NCBI GenBank assembly: GCA_025800125.1
Contig: JAOXSF010000105.1
Location: forward strand, 12,571 to 28,570
Length of the DNA: 16,000 bases
Direction of reading: 5' to 3'
Source of the DNA: Marinobacterium sp.
GTDB taxonomy: Bacteria; Pseudomonadota; Gammaproteobacteria; Pseudomonadales; Balneatricaceae
Positions 9,677 through 16,000 of the stretch are shown piece by piece. The position numbers and the translations under genes are program-made. Within the stretch, counting starts at the first letter, position 1. Every line of letters starts with the position of its first letter. The notes beneath the pieces were generated by a model. That model was not told the DNA's origin and did not search any database. It worked only from the letters and a program-made list of their open reading frames with translations.

Positions 9677-10591
9677 TCAGAACAGCTGGTTGACAGACTG
9701 AAGCTGTACCTTCTGCCCCTTGGAGCGGAATAGCAGACGGCTGGCCTCGGCGGGGTGGTCATAGCCTTTCTGCTGACCGATGGACCCGCGTGAATGCAGT
9801 ACTTTACGGTTATTGATGATAACGAAAGTGCCGGTACGGCCTTCGGCCGAGATCGGGGTTGTCCGGCTCAGTGCGTCACGCAGTCGGTCCAGTACCGGTT
9901 GGTCTGCAATCTCAACCGCCACCATCCGGTCGCCATAGTTAGGTTCTACCCGCATATCAATGTTATAGAGCTCATCATCGTCCTTTGGCTCTATCACCGG
10001 GCGGATACGTTCCAGACGGACACCGGTAACATTACGACCTGAACGATAGCGCACCTGTGCGGTACGCAGGGTGTGAATATCGTCCTCTGGCAGTTGTGAC
10101 AGCAGATCATCGGTATTGTAGATCAGCGTTGGGCAAGCAGTTCTGTCATGGGCGACGGTCAGTGACAGCAGGTCGGAGTCAACATTTTCATACAGATCAT
10201 CCGAGTGTGCTGAAATATGCCCGACACCATTACCCCATTCCGAAGTGCTGGCGCCATCTGAGCGTGGGTAGATCGCCTTGTGATCTTCATAACGATACTT
10301 GATATCATTAATACCACAGATATGACGGGATATTGCTTCGTGTACCAGTAATGCCTGGTCAGGATTAATAGCATCAAACAGACCATGAATAATAATCGAA
10401 TTGACGCCCGACCCTGGAATACCTATAGCTTCCAGTGATCTAAGTAATTTTTCAGGCATTTCTTTACGAATAATGCTGGCAGTTTTTTGCAGTTGAGACA
10501 GCCCGATCGCTTCAATTTCTGCGACGGATCGCGTGATGTTACGGGTTTGTTCTTCTGAAAGGTTAAAGCAGATATTTTGAGTCTTTGTCAT
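9677..10591 (-). CDS. Fe(II)/2-oxoglutarate-dependent dioxygenase, CsiD-like / TauD-TfdA superfamily (substrate unknown)
   Basis: 304 aa. The candidate facial triad is H129-x-D131 (GHISAHSDDLYENVDSDLLSL; compare E. coli CsiD ELHNDGTYVEEITDYVLMM) and H266 (TFVIINNRKVLHSRG; compare KFLLINNLFWLHGRD). C-terminal RLLFRSKG parallels CsiD RELMRQRG, the region of the 2OG-binding Arg. The H-to-H spacing of 137 residues is close to the ~132 I recall for CsiD. This is recalled alignment only. Confidence 0.55.
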   Translation of the reverse strand: MTKTQNICFNLSEEQTRNITRSVAEIEAIGLSQLQKTASIIRKEMPEKLLRSLEAIGIPGSGVNSIIIHGLFDAINPDQALLVHEAISRHICGINDIKYRYEDHKAIYPRSDGASTSEWGNGVGHISAHSDDLYENVDSDLLSLTVAHDRTACPTLIYNTDDLLSQLPEDDIHTLRTAQVRYRSGRNVTGVRLERIRPVIEPKDDDELYNIDMRVEPNYGDRMVAVEIADQPVLDRLRDALSRTTPISAEGRTGTFVIINNRKVLHSRGSIGQQKGYDHPAEASRLLFRSKGQKVQLQSVNQLF

Positions 10592-10628
10592 AACTTTCCC
10601 TATTTATGACGGTTGGTTTCGAGAGCGG

Positions 10629-10656
10629 ATGTTAACAGTGAGTTAAAGCTTGTCAA
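10629..10656 (-). promoter_or_regulatory. Sigma70 promoter candidate for the dioxygenase-permease cassette
   Basis: On the - strand there is a perfect -35 TTGACA (complement of 10651-10656), a 16-nt spacer, and -10 TAACAT (complement of 10629-10634). An A7 run just upstream resembles an UP element. The predicted 5' UTR is about 30 nt. Confidence 0.55.
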
Positions 10657-10659
10657 TTC

Positions 10660-10810
10660 GTTTCTATGTGGTTTTTTTGTGATTTTTTATTGAGCGTTTT
10701 ATATCAGTTTGTACTTTTTGGAATGGGAAAGTATTTTGTTTTATTTAATGTTTTATTATTTTTAAGATTATTTAAGGTATGTTTTTTATATGTTTTGAGC
10801 GTTCTTTTGA
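10660..10810. promoter_or_regulatory. AT-rich tract with roughly helically phased T-runs (candidate curved DNA or nucleoid-protein target) upstream of the dioxygenase promoter
   Basis: T4-T7 runs are centred near 10675, 10685, 10698, 10717, 10735, 10740, 10752, 10761, 10772, 10784, 10794 and 10806; many spacings are 10-12.5 bp. The exact 9-mer TTGAGCGTT occurs at 10690-10698 and 10795-10803, 105 bp apart. Confidence 0.45.
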
Positions 10811-10831
10811 TAACGTATGGCGGTGCAGGCT

Positions 10832-10860
10832 ATCGCGGATATTAAGAAAATATCTGCGAT
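10832..10860. repeat. Imperfect 11-bp inverted repeat (operator or stem-loop candidate) at the junction between the RND operon and the islet
   Basis: ATCGCGGATAT (10832-10842), 7-nt spacer TAAGAAA, then ATATCTGCGAT (10850-10860), with 10 of 11 positions complementary. There is no U-run after it on the - strand, so it is not a canonical terminator for the RND gene. Confidence 0.4.
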
Positions 10861-10956
10861 ACCCTGTTGCTTTTGCTGCATGGTAAGTGAGGCGGCCTGT
10901 AACTGTTCTGGCAAGGTGTGATATGCGGCGAAAAATCCCTGCGGAGAACGCTGCGT

Positions 10957-13900
10957 TCAGTAGCGGACAAACAGTGAGCGGATGTCTTCAATTATCGCAA
11001 TCAGTACCGGCACCAGAATCAGCATCAGTGTGGTGGCGAATAACTCACCCCAGGCCAGAGAGGCTGCAGCTGGTATCAGGTACTGAGCCTGTTCCGAGGT
11101 TTCTGACAGCAGCGGCATCAGGCCGATCACTGTGGTGGCGGTAGTGAGGAAGATGGCGTTAAAGCGGCCGGTACCGGCATCGTGCAATGCTTCGTTGAGC
11201 GGCAGTCCAGCATCGCGGGCCTGGTTGTAGCGTGTCATCATTACCAGGCTGTCGTTGACTACTACACCGGTCAACGCCAGCATGCCGAAGAATGAGAACA
11301 GCGATAATGGCAAGTCCATGATCAGGTGGCCGATGGCAGCGCCAACAAAGCCAAACGGTACAATCGACAGAATTACGAAGGGTTGCCAGTAGGACTTTAG
11401 CGGTACCGCCATCAGGATATAGATCATCACCGAGGCGATAATCAGTGCCCGGCTGAGGTCGCCCTTGATGGCGTTCATCTCCGCCAGTTCACCGGCAGGC
11501 AGCAGGCTGACGCCAGGGTAGCGTTGTGCCAGTGTTGGTGCAAAGCGAGTAAAAACCGCCTGGCTGACCTCTTCGGCAGAGGTTATATCATCATCAATAC
11601 TGGCAGATATATGGTTGATCCGTTTACCGTTACGGCGGTGGATGGTACCCGCCACATAACGACCCTCAATATCGGCCAGTGCATGTAGCGCCACCCAGTC
11701 ACCGTTGCTGCTGCGTAATCGGGTCTGTAAAAGGTCGGCCTGGCTGTCACGGGCGTTGAGTGTGCTGTGCAGCTGGACTTTTACCTGTTGGCCATCACGG
11801 CGCAGTTTCTGCACCTCTGCACCGCCAAAGGCGTAACCAATCTGACTGGCCAGTGTGTCGGTGTTAAAGCCCAGATTACGTGCCTCCGGTCGTAGCCGGA
11901 TCGACAGTTCCGACTGGCCCCCGGCCATACTGTCGCGCAGTTCGCTGATGCCTGCGATCTGTGCCAGATACTGTTTCAGTTCATTGCTGGCTGCCTGTAG
12001 CTGTTGTGGGTCCTGCCCTTCCAGTCGTAGCTGGAAACCGCCACCGACATCTTCGCTGCTGTCAAAGGTCAGCTGAATGCTGCCTTCCAGTGGCCCGGTC
12101 TGTTCTCGCCAGCGTCGGGCGATCTCCGGGGCCTCTAGCCCTGGTCGTTGTGCAACCGGTGACAGTTCCGCATAAAGTTCGGCGGAACCGGCATCCGGTG
12201 CGCTGAGAAACATCAGGGTAATTGGTGGTTCTGCCAGTGCGTATTCCCATTGCAGACGGGTGTTGAGTTGCTGGCCGACCTGCTGAATCTGTTCAATGTT
12301 GTTGCGGGTCAGCGTAAAAGGTGCGCGAGCGTCCATGGTCAGGTTGATCTGTACCAGCTGTTCGGGAATCTCCGGGAAGAATACCGTACGTATCTTGCCC
12401 AGCCCGATCATTCCCAGCCCCAGTGTGGCCGCGCTGATAAACAGCACCAGTACCGCATAGCGATGCACCAGGGCCAGGCGCAGCAAGGGTGCGTAAAAAT
12501 GGTCACGAAAGCCAGTCAGTCCTGCCCGTGCCAGTGTCTGTAACCGAGACCAGAGCCGGGAGAGCAACCAGCCAGGGGCGGTATCCATGCTGGTCTGTGC
12601 CAGGTGGGCAGGGAGAATAAATTTACTCTCAATCAGTGAGAAGATCAGTGCCAGAATAACCATGCCAGAGAAGCTGGCCAGTACTTTGCCCAGCGGGTTA
12701 TCAATCATCAGCATCGGGGTAAAAGCAGCGATGGTAGTCAGCACTCCGAATACGGTGGCGACGGCAACTTTGTCGACCCCGGCCACGGTACCCCTGATAG
12801 GGCAGGTCTGTTTGCGGCGTTGTTCAAACACGCTTTCACCTACCACAACGGCATCATCCACCAGGATACCCAGTACGATAATCAGGCCAAAGGTGGTGAC
12901 GTCGTTCAGTGAGTAATCCAGCCAGCTGGAACCGGCTACGGCCATCGCACCCATCATTGAAATGGGTATGCCCAGCGCGACCCAGAATGCCAGCCGCACA
13001 TTGAGGAACAGCGCCAGCAGCAGGCCAACCAGCAGCAGGCCCTGAATGCCGTTGTGTTGTAGCAGAGTGAGGCGGTCTTCGATATAACCGGCCGAGTCGC
13101 CCCAGATGCTGATGTTGATACCGGGTGGCAGTTGTGGCGCAAAGTTATCCACAACACTATGTACCACCGCTGAGATGGTCAGCAGGTTCTCTTTCTGGCC
13201 GACCTGCACCTCCATACCAGTGGTGGGGGCACCGTTAAAACGGAACAGATAATCCCCCTCGGCAAAGGTATCGCTGATCTGGGCCAGCTGCCCCAGCGTG
13301 ATGGCGTTGCCATCGGGGCGTTCTATAATCGGGATGGCGGCAAATTCAGGAGTGTAGTGGGCGCGATTATCTGCCCGTAGCAGTACGGTGCCGCCTTCTG
13401 TGCGCAGCTTGCCTGCCTCAAAGTCCAGCGAGCTGGCACGGATTCTGGCCATCACATCGGCCAGTGTCAGGTTGTGACGGCGTAGCTGCTGTGGCGAAAT
13501 TTCAATATGGATCTCCCGTGGCTGTATGCCCCAGATGTTCAGGCGAGACAGCTCTTCACGGGCCAGTAATGCAGCTTTCAGGCGTTCTGCCAGGGTTTGC
13601 AGGGTGGCCGGGTCGGTATCGCCATAGAGGTTCAGATAGAGCGCCGGATAACTGAAGCCGTCTGTGTCTATGACTGGGCGCTCAGCTTTGCTGGGCAGGT
13701 CTTCAATGGCGTCGATTCGTAACCGCACCTTGTCCAGCAGGCGGTTCAGATCTTGCCCGCCTGCCCGGCGCACAATGACGGTGGAATAACCATTTGCTGA
13801 ACTGGAGCGGATACTGCGTACACCATCCAGCCCTTCTAGTGCTTTTTCTATCTTGGCGGTGACCAGCTCGTCTATCTGGTTGGCGGTGGCATCACTGAAG

Positions 13901-14052
13901 CTGGTGGTGATATGAATCGCTTCCGGTGGAAGCTTCGGGAAGCCTTCGATACGGATAGTCAGGGTGGTCATCACGCCCATGAAGAGAATGAATGCCATCA
14001 GCAGATTGGCGGCAACCGGGTTGTGGATAAACCAGCGAACGGCACTGTGCAT
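10957..14052 (-). CDS. RND-family efflux permease (AcrB/HAE-type inner-membrane subunit)
   Basis: 1031 aa with a 12-TM/two-large-loop layout. The N-terminus WFIHNPVAANLLMAFILFMG and the TM4 proton-relay motif GILVDDAVVVGES (compare AcrB GLLVDDAIVVVEN) support the call. The start lies 3 nt after the MFP stop. Confidence 0.92.
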   Translation of the reverse strand: MHSAVRWFIHNPVAANLLMAFILFMGVMTTLTIRIEGFPKLPPEAIHITTSFSDATANQIDELVTAKIEKALEGLDGVRSIRSSSANGYSTVIVRRAGGQDLNRLLDKVRLRIDAIEDLPSKAERPVIDTDGFSYPALYLNLYGDTDPATLQTLAERLKAALLAREELSRLNIWGIQPREIHIEISPQQLRRHNLTLADVMARIRASSLDFEAGKLRTEGGTVLLRADNRAHYTPEFAAIPIIERPDGNAITLGQLAQISDTFAEGDYLFRFNGAPTTGMEVQVGQKENLLTISAVVHSVVDNFAPQLPPGINISIWGDSAGYIEDRLTLLQHNGIQGLLLVGLLLALFLNVRLAFWVALGIPISMMGAMAVAGSSWLDYSLNDVTTFGLIIVLGILVDDAVVVGESVFEQRRKQTCPIRGTVAGVDKVAVATVFGVLTTIAAFTPMLMIDNPLGKVLASFSGMVILALIFSLIESKFILPAHLAQTSMDTAPGWLLSRLWSRLQTLARAGLTGFRDHFYAPLLRLALVHRYAVLVLFISAATLGLGMIGLGKIRTVFFPEIPEQLVQINLTMDARAPFTLTRNNIEQIQQVGQQLNTRLQWEYALAEPPITLMFLSAPDAGSAELYAELSPVAQRPGLEAPEIARRWREQTGPLEGSIQLTFDSSEDVGGGFQLRLEGQDPQQLQAASNELKQYLAQIAGISELRDSMAGGQSELSIRLRPEARNLGFNTDTLASQIGYAFGGAEVQKLRRDGQQVKVQLHSTLNARDSQADLLQTRLRSSNGDWVALHALADIEGRYVAGTIHRRNGKRINHISASIDDDITSAEEVSQAVFTRFAPTLAQRYPGVSLLPAGELAEMNAIKGDLSRALIIASVMIYILMAVPLKSYWQPFVILSIVPFGFVGAAIGHLIMDLPLSLFSFFGMLALTGVVVNDSLVMMTRYNQARDAGLPLNEALHDAGTGRFNAIFLTTATTVIGLMPLLSETSEQAQYLIPAAASLAWGELFATTLMLILVPVLIAIIEDIRSLFVRY

Positions 14053-14055
14053 TGT

Positions 14056-15258
14056 TTATTCCTCTGCGTCAGTCAGATGTGGTTGCACCGGCTGGCCGGG
14101 TAAAAAAGCCGCCAGCGGCGTGGTGGCGATGCGCCATTGCGATGCCCCTTCCGGCGCACGAATGACCACCCGCTGCTGGTGGCGAAACAGAATCATCGGG
14201 CTCAGGTTGCGTAACCGGTTGTTGGTGTCCAGGTACCAGAGTTGGCCGGACTGGGTGATGGCAGAGGCGGGAATATTCAGGGTGCGGGGTTGTTTGATAC
14301 CCACCAGGCTGACGTGGACAAAATCGCCGGCCAGCAGCTGACGCTGGTCAGCGTTTTCGACCTGTAAAAACAGTTGATACTGACGGCTGCTGCTGTCCAG
14401 AAACCCCCCGCCCTGGCGCACAGTAGCGGTTCCCAGTGACTTACCCTGGCTATTGCTCAGTTGTGCCTGCTGGCCGCTGACTGGCTGGGCCAGCTTTTGC
14501 CAGTCGGCCGGGCTCAGTTCAACGGTCAGCTCCAGTGTGCGGTTATCTGCCAGTGATAACAGTGGGTCACCCACCGCGACCCGCTGGCCGGGGCTGACCA
14601 GCCGTCGGGTGACAAAACCGGCAAAGGGTGCGCGTACCTGACTGTCATTGAGTTTCAGCCGGGCGGCTGCCTGCTGTGCCTGAGCGGCTTTGACCGCCTG
14701 ACGAGCCACTTCCAGTTCCGGCAGTCTCAGAGCCAGCGCATTGGCTTGATCGTCGCCCCGGTTACGATACTGGCGGCGGGCAACGGCTGTTTCGCTTTCT
14801 GCCCGCAGCAGCTGACGATGGGCATCGGCCAGGTTCAACTCAGCCTGGGCCAGTTCGGCTCTGTAGGGAGTGTCTTCCAGCTGTAGCAGGGGTGCGCCCT
14901 GTTCGACCTCGCTGCCGCTCAGTGCCAGGGGGCTTACATCGGTTACCCGGCCACTGACAGCAGCTTGTATTTCAATTGCCCAGCGCGGTTTCAGTTCAGC
15001 AAAGGCTTGTACCCGCAGCGTGGCAGACTCAACCTGCCTGCTCTCAATCGATACGACCGGCAGTACACTGGGCGAGTGGCTTGCTGTGTATTCCTCAATA
15101 TCAATGCTGTCTTCAGCTTCCAGTAACCAGCCGATGACGGTGAACAATAACAGCAGAGCAAGCAGTAGCCAGGGCCAGCGGCGGGCTGGTCGCGGCAGCG
15201 TTGCGTCAGCACCAGACGGTATTGCGTCAGTGTCAGATTGAGATATGGGGGTGGTCAT
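14056..15258 (-). CDS. RND periplasmic adaptor (membrane fusion protein, HlyD/AcrA family)
   Basis: 400 aa. It has an N-terminal membrane anchor (WPWLLLALLLLFTVIGWLL), an Ala/Gln/Arg-rich coiled-coil hairpin, and the lipoyl-domain motif VRAPFAGFV. It sits immediately upstream of the RND gene. Confidence 0.88.
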   Translation of the reverse strand: MTTPISQSDTDAIPSGADATLPRPARRWPWLLLALLLLFTVIGWLLEAEDSIDIEEYTASHSPSVLPVVSIESRQVESATLRVQAFAELKPRWAIEIQAAVSGRVTDVSPLALSGSEVEQGAPLLQLEDTPYRAELAQAELNLADAHRQLLRAESETAVARRQYRNRGDDQANALALRLPELEVARQAVKAAQAQQAAARLKLNDSQVRAPFAGFVTRRLVSPGQRVAVGDPLLSLADNRTLELTVELSPADWQKLAQPVSGQQAQLSNSQGKSLGTATVRQGGGFLDSSSRQYQLFLQVENADQRQLLAGDFVHVSLVGIKQPRTLNIPASAITQSGQLWYLDTNNRLRNLSPMILFRHQQRVVIRAPEGASQWRIATTPLAAFLPGQPVQPHLTDAEE

Positions 15259-15264
15259 GGCTCA

Positions 15265-15290
15265 GTCCAGGTCGGTTTATCAACCTGGAC
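15265..15290 (-). promoter_or_regulatory. Perfect 8-bp stem-loop in the 61-nt kinase-MFP spacer, ending 6 nt before the MFP start codon
   Basis: GTCCAGGT (15265-15272) and ACCTGGAC (15283-15290) with a 10-nt loop. On the - strand mRNA the 3' arm ends 6 nt before the ATG, covering where an RBS would sit. No U-run follows. Confidence 0.4.
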
Positions 15291-15319
15291 AGCATGAAGG
15301 AGGTGGGGTTAAGAGGGTT

Positions 15320-16000
15320 TTAAGATGACGGCTGAAAGTGGATACACACCTGTGCCTGCTGATTGCTCAATTCAAAGCTGAATGCCCAGCCCAGTTTCTG
15401 GCAGATGCGTTGTACCAGCTCCAGCCCCAGTCCGAAGCTCTGCTCACCGCTGAGCTGTTCCGGGTTTACCGGGTTGCTGATCTGTAGTTGCTGCTCATCC
15501 AGCTGGATATGGATTTCACCTAGGCCTGATTCGGTCACTCCACTGTGTTGACAGGCATTGCGGACCAGGTTCGCCAGCACAATCGATAGCAGAGGGGCTT
15601 CAATATTGATGCAGGTATCGCAGACCTGAAGCTGTGTGCTGATCGGGCGGCCACGCAGCAGGTAACGGTGATCTTCCAGCAGGTGCTGGCACAGTGGCAG
15701 CAGGGCAACCGGGCTACGGGGGATGGTTTTATCAGATTCCCGCGCCAGCCAGAGCAGGGTGTCAGAAAGCTGAATCATACGGCGGCTGGCTTTCTGGGCA
15801 CGCTCGACCGGACGCAGGACGGGGCTGTCTGCTGCAACCTGATATTGCAGGGTGTCCAGGCTGGCCTGAATGACGGCCAGCGGAGTGCGCAGTTCATGGC
15901 TGGCATGTTTCAGAAACTGTTGCTCACGTTCATTACTACGCCGCACTTTCGCTACTCCCTGGCGTAGCTGATCGGCAATTTCATTCAGCTCGGTAATTGG
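15320..16000 (-). CDS. Two-component sensor histidine kinase, C-terminal DHp + catalytic domains; 5' end outside the window
   Basis: The frame stays open to nt 16000 (PITELNEIADQLRQGVAKVRRSNEREQQFLKHASHELRTPL); the track's 15946 start is an internal GTG. It has the H-box SHELRTPL, the N-box LVRNACQHS and the G2 box FGLGL. Confidence 0.85.
   Translation of the reverse strand, partial: PITELNEIADQLRQGVAKVRRSNEREQQFLKHASHELRTPLAVIQASLDTLQYQVAADSPVLRPVERAQKASRRMIQLSDTLLWLARESDKTIPRSPVALLPLCQHLLEDHRYLLRGRPISTQLQVCDTCINIEAPLLSIVLANLVRNACQHSGVTESGLGEIHIQLDEQQLQISNPVNPEQLSGEQSFGLGLELVQRICQKLGWAFSFELSNQQAQVCIHFQPSS

Noticed and set aside
9502-9762. 86-aa - strand ORF bridging the dioxygenase 3' end, the intergenic hairpin and the permease 5' end
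   Set aside because: It overlaps two better-supported genes out of frame and runs through the hairpin. Its composition is Pro/Cys/Ser-rich and no start context supports it.
10780-10887. 35-codon + strand ORF within the AT-rich tract, and the T-rich stretch after the 10832-10860 palindrome read as a + strand terminator
   Set aside because: The ORF has no RBS and its sequence is phenylalanine-rich simply because it translates T-runs. The T-rich run begins 6 nt after the stem and is interrupted, and no upstream + strand promoter or gene explains it.
10939-10956. Small hairpin GAACG-CAG-CGTTC plus T5 just after the RND stop, considered as the operon terminator
   Set aside because: It has only a 5-bp stem with a 3-nt loop, and the T5 run is about 12 nt away from the stem. 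It does not meet the usual criteria for an intrinsic terminator.
10887-15241. Numerous 60-125-aa ORFs in other frames or antisense within the RND and MFP genes (for example 11855-12076, 12587-12916, 13964-14341, 14870-15241)
   Set aside because: All overlap long, motif-supported genes. They are Ser/Arg/Cys-rich, as expected of off-frame translation of GC-rich coding DNA.

Overview
Chromosomal segment from a gammaproteobacterium; the synteny resembles Pseudomonadales/Oceanospirillales. Three blocks are visible. (1) 1-7433 is conserved housekeeping: the 3' end of a class IV aminotransferase, then ybeD and lipB on the + strand; an OsmC-family gene convergent with a small c-type cytochrome lipoprotein; the leuS-lptE-holA operon on the - strand; and a divergent ybeL-like zinc-ribbon gene. 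(2) About 7434-10956 is a visibly AT-richer accessory islet with no mobility genes. It holds a secreted cytochrome b562-like protein, a 66-aa two-helix membrane peptide, an AEC-family permease and a CsiD/TauD-like Fe(II)/2-oxoglutarate dioxygenase. The dioxygenase has a near-consensus sigma70 promoter and sits downstream of phased T-tract DNA. (3) 10957-16000 (- strand) is the 3' part of a sensor histidine kinase followed by a translationally coupled MFP-RND efflux pair with no outer-membrane factor gene. I saw no rRNA, tRNA, CRISPR array, IS element, integrase or recognisable defence or toxin genes. The most interesting item is the orphan dioxygenase + AEC permease cassette and the small islet around it, which is bracketed by a short split direct repeat. 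I cannot support any claim of a dramatic new system from sequence alone. All functional calls rest on motif recognition and synteny from memory, not on searches.
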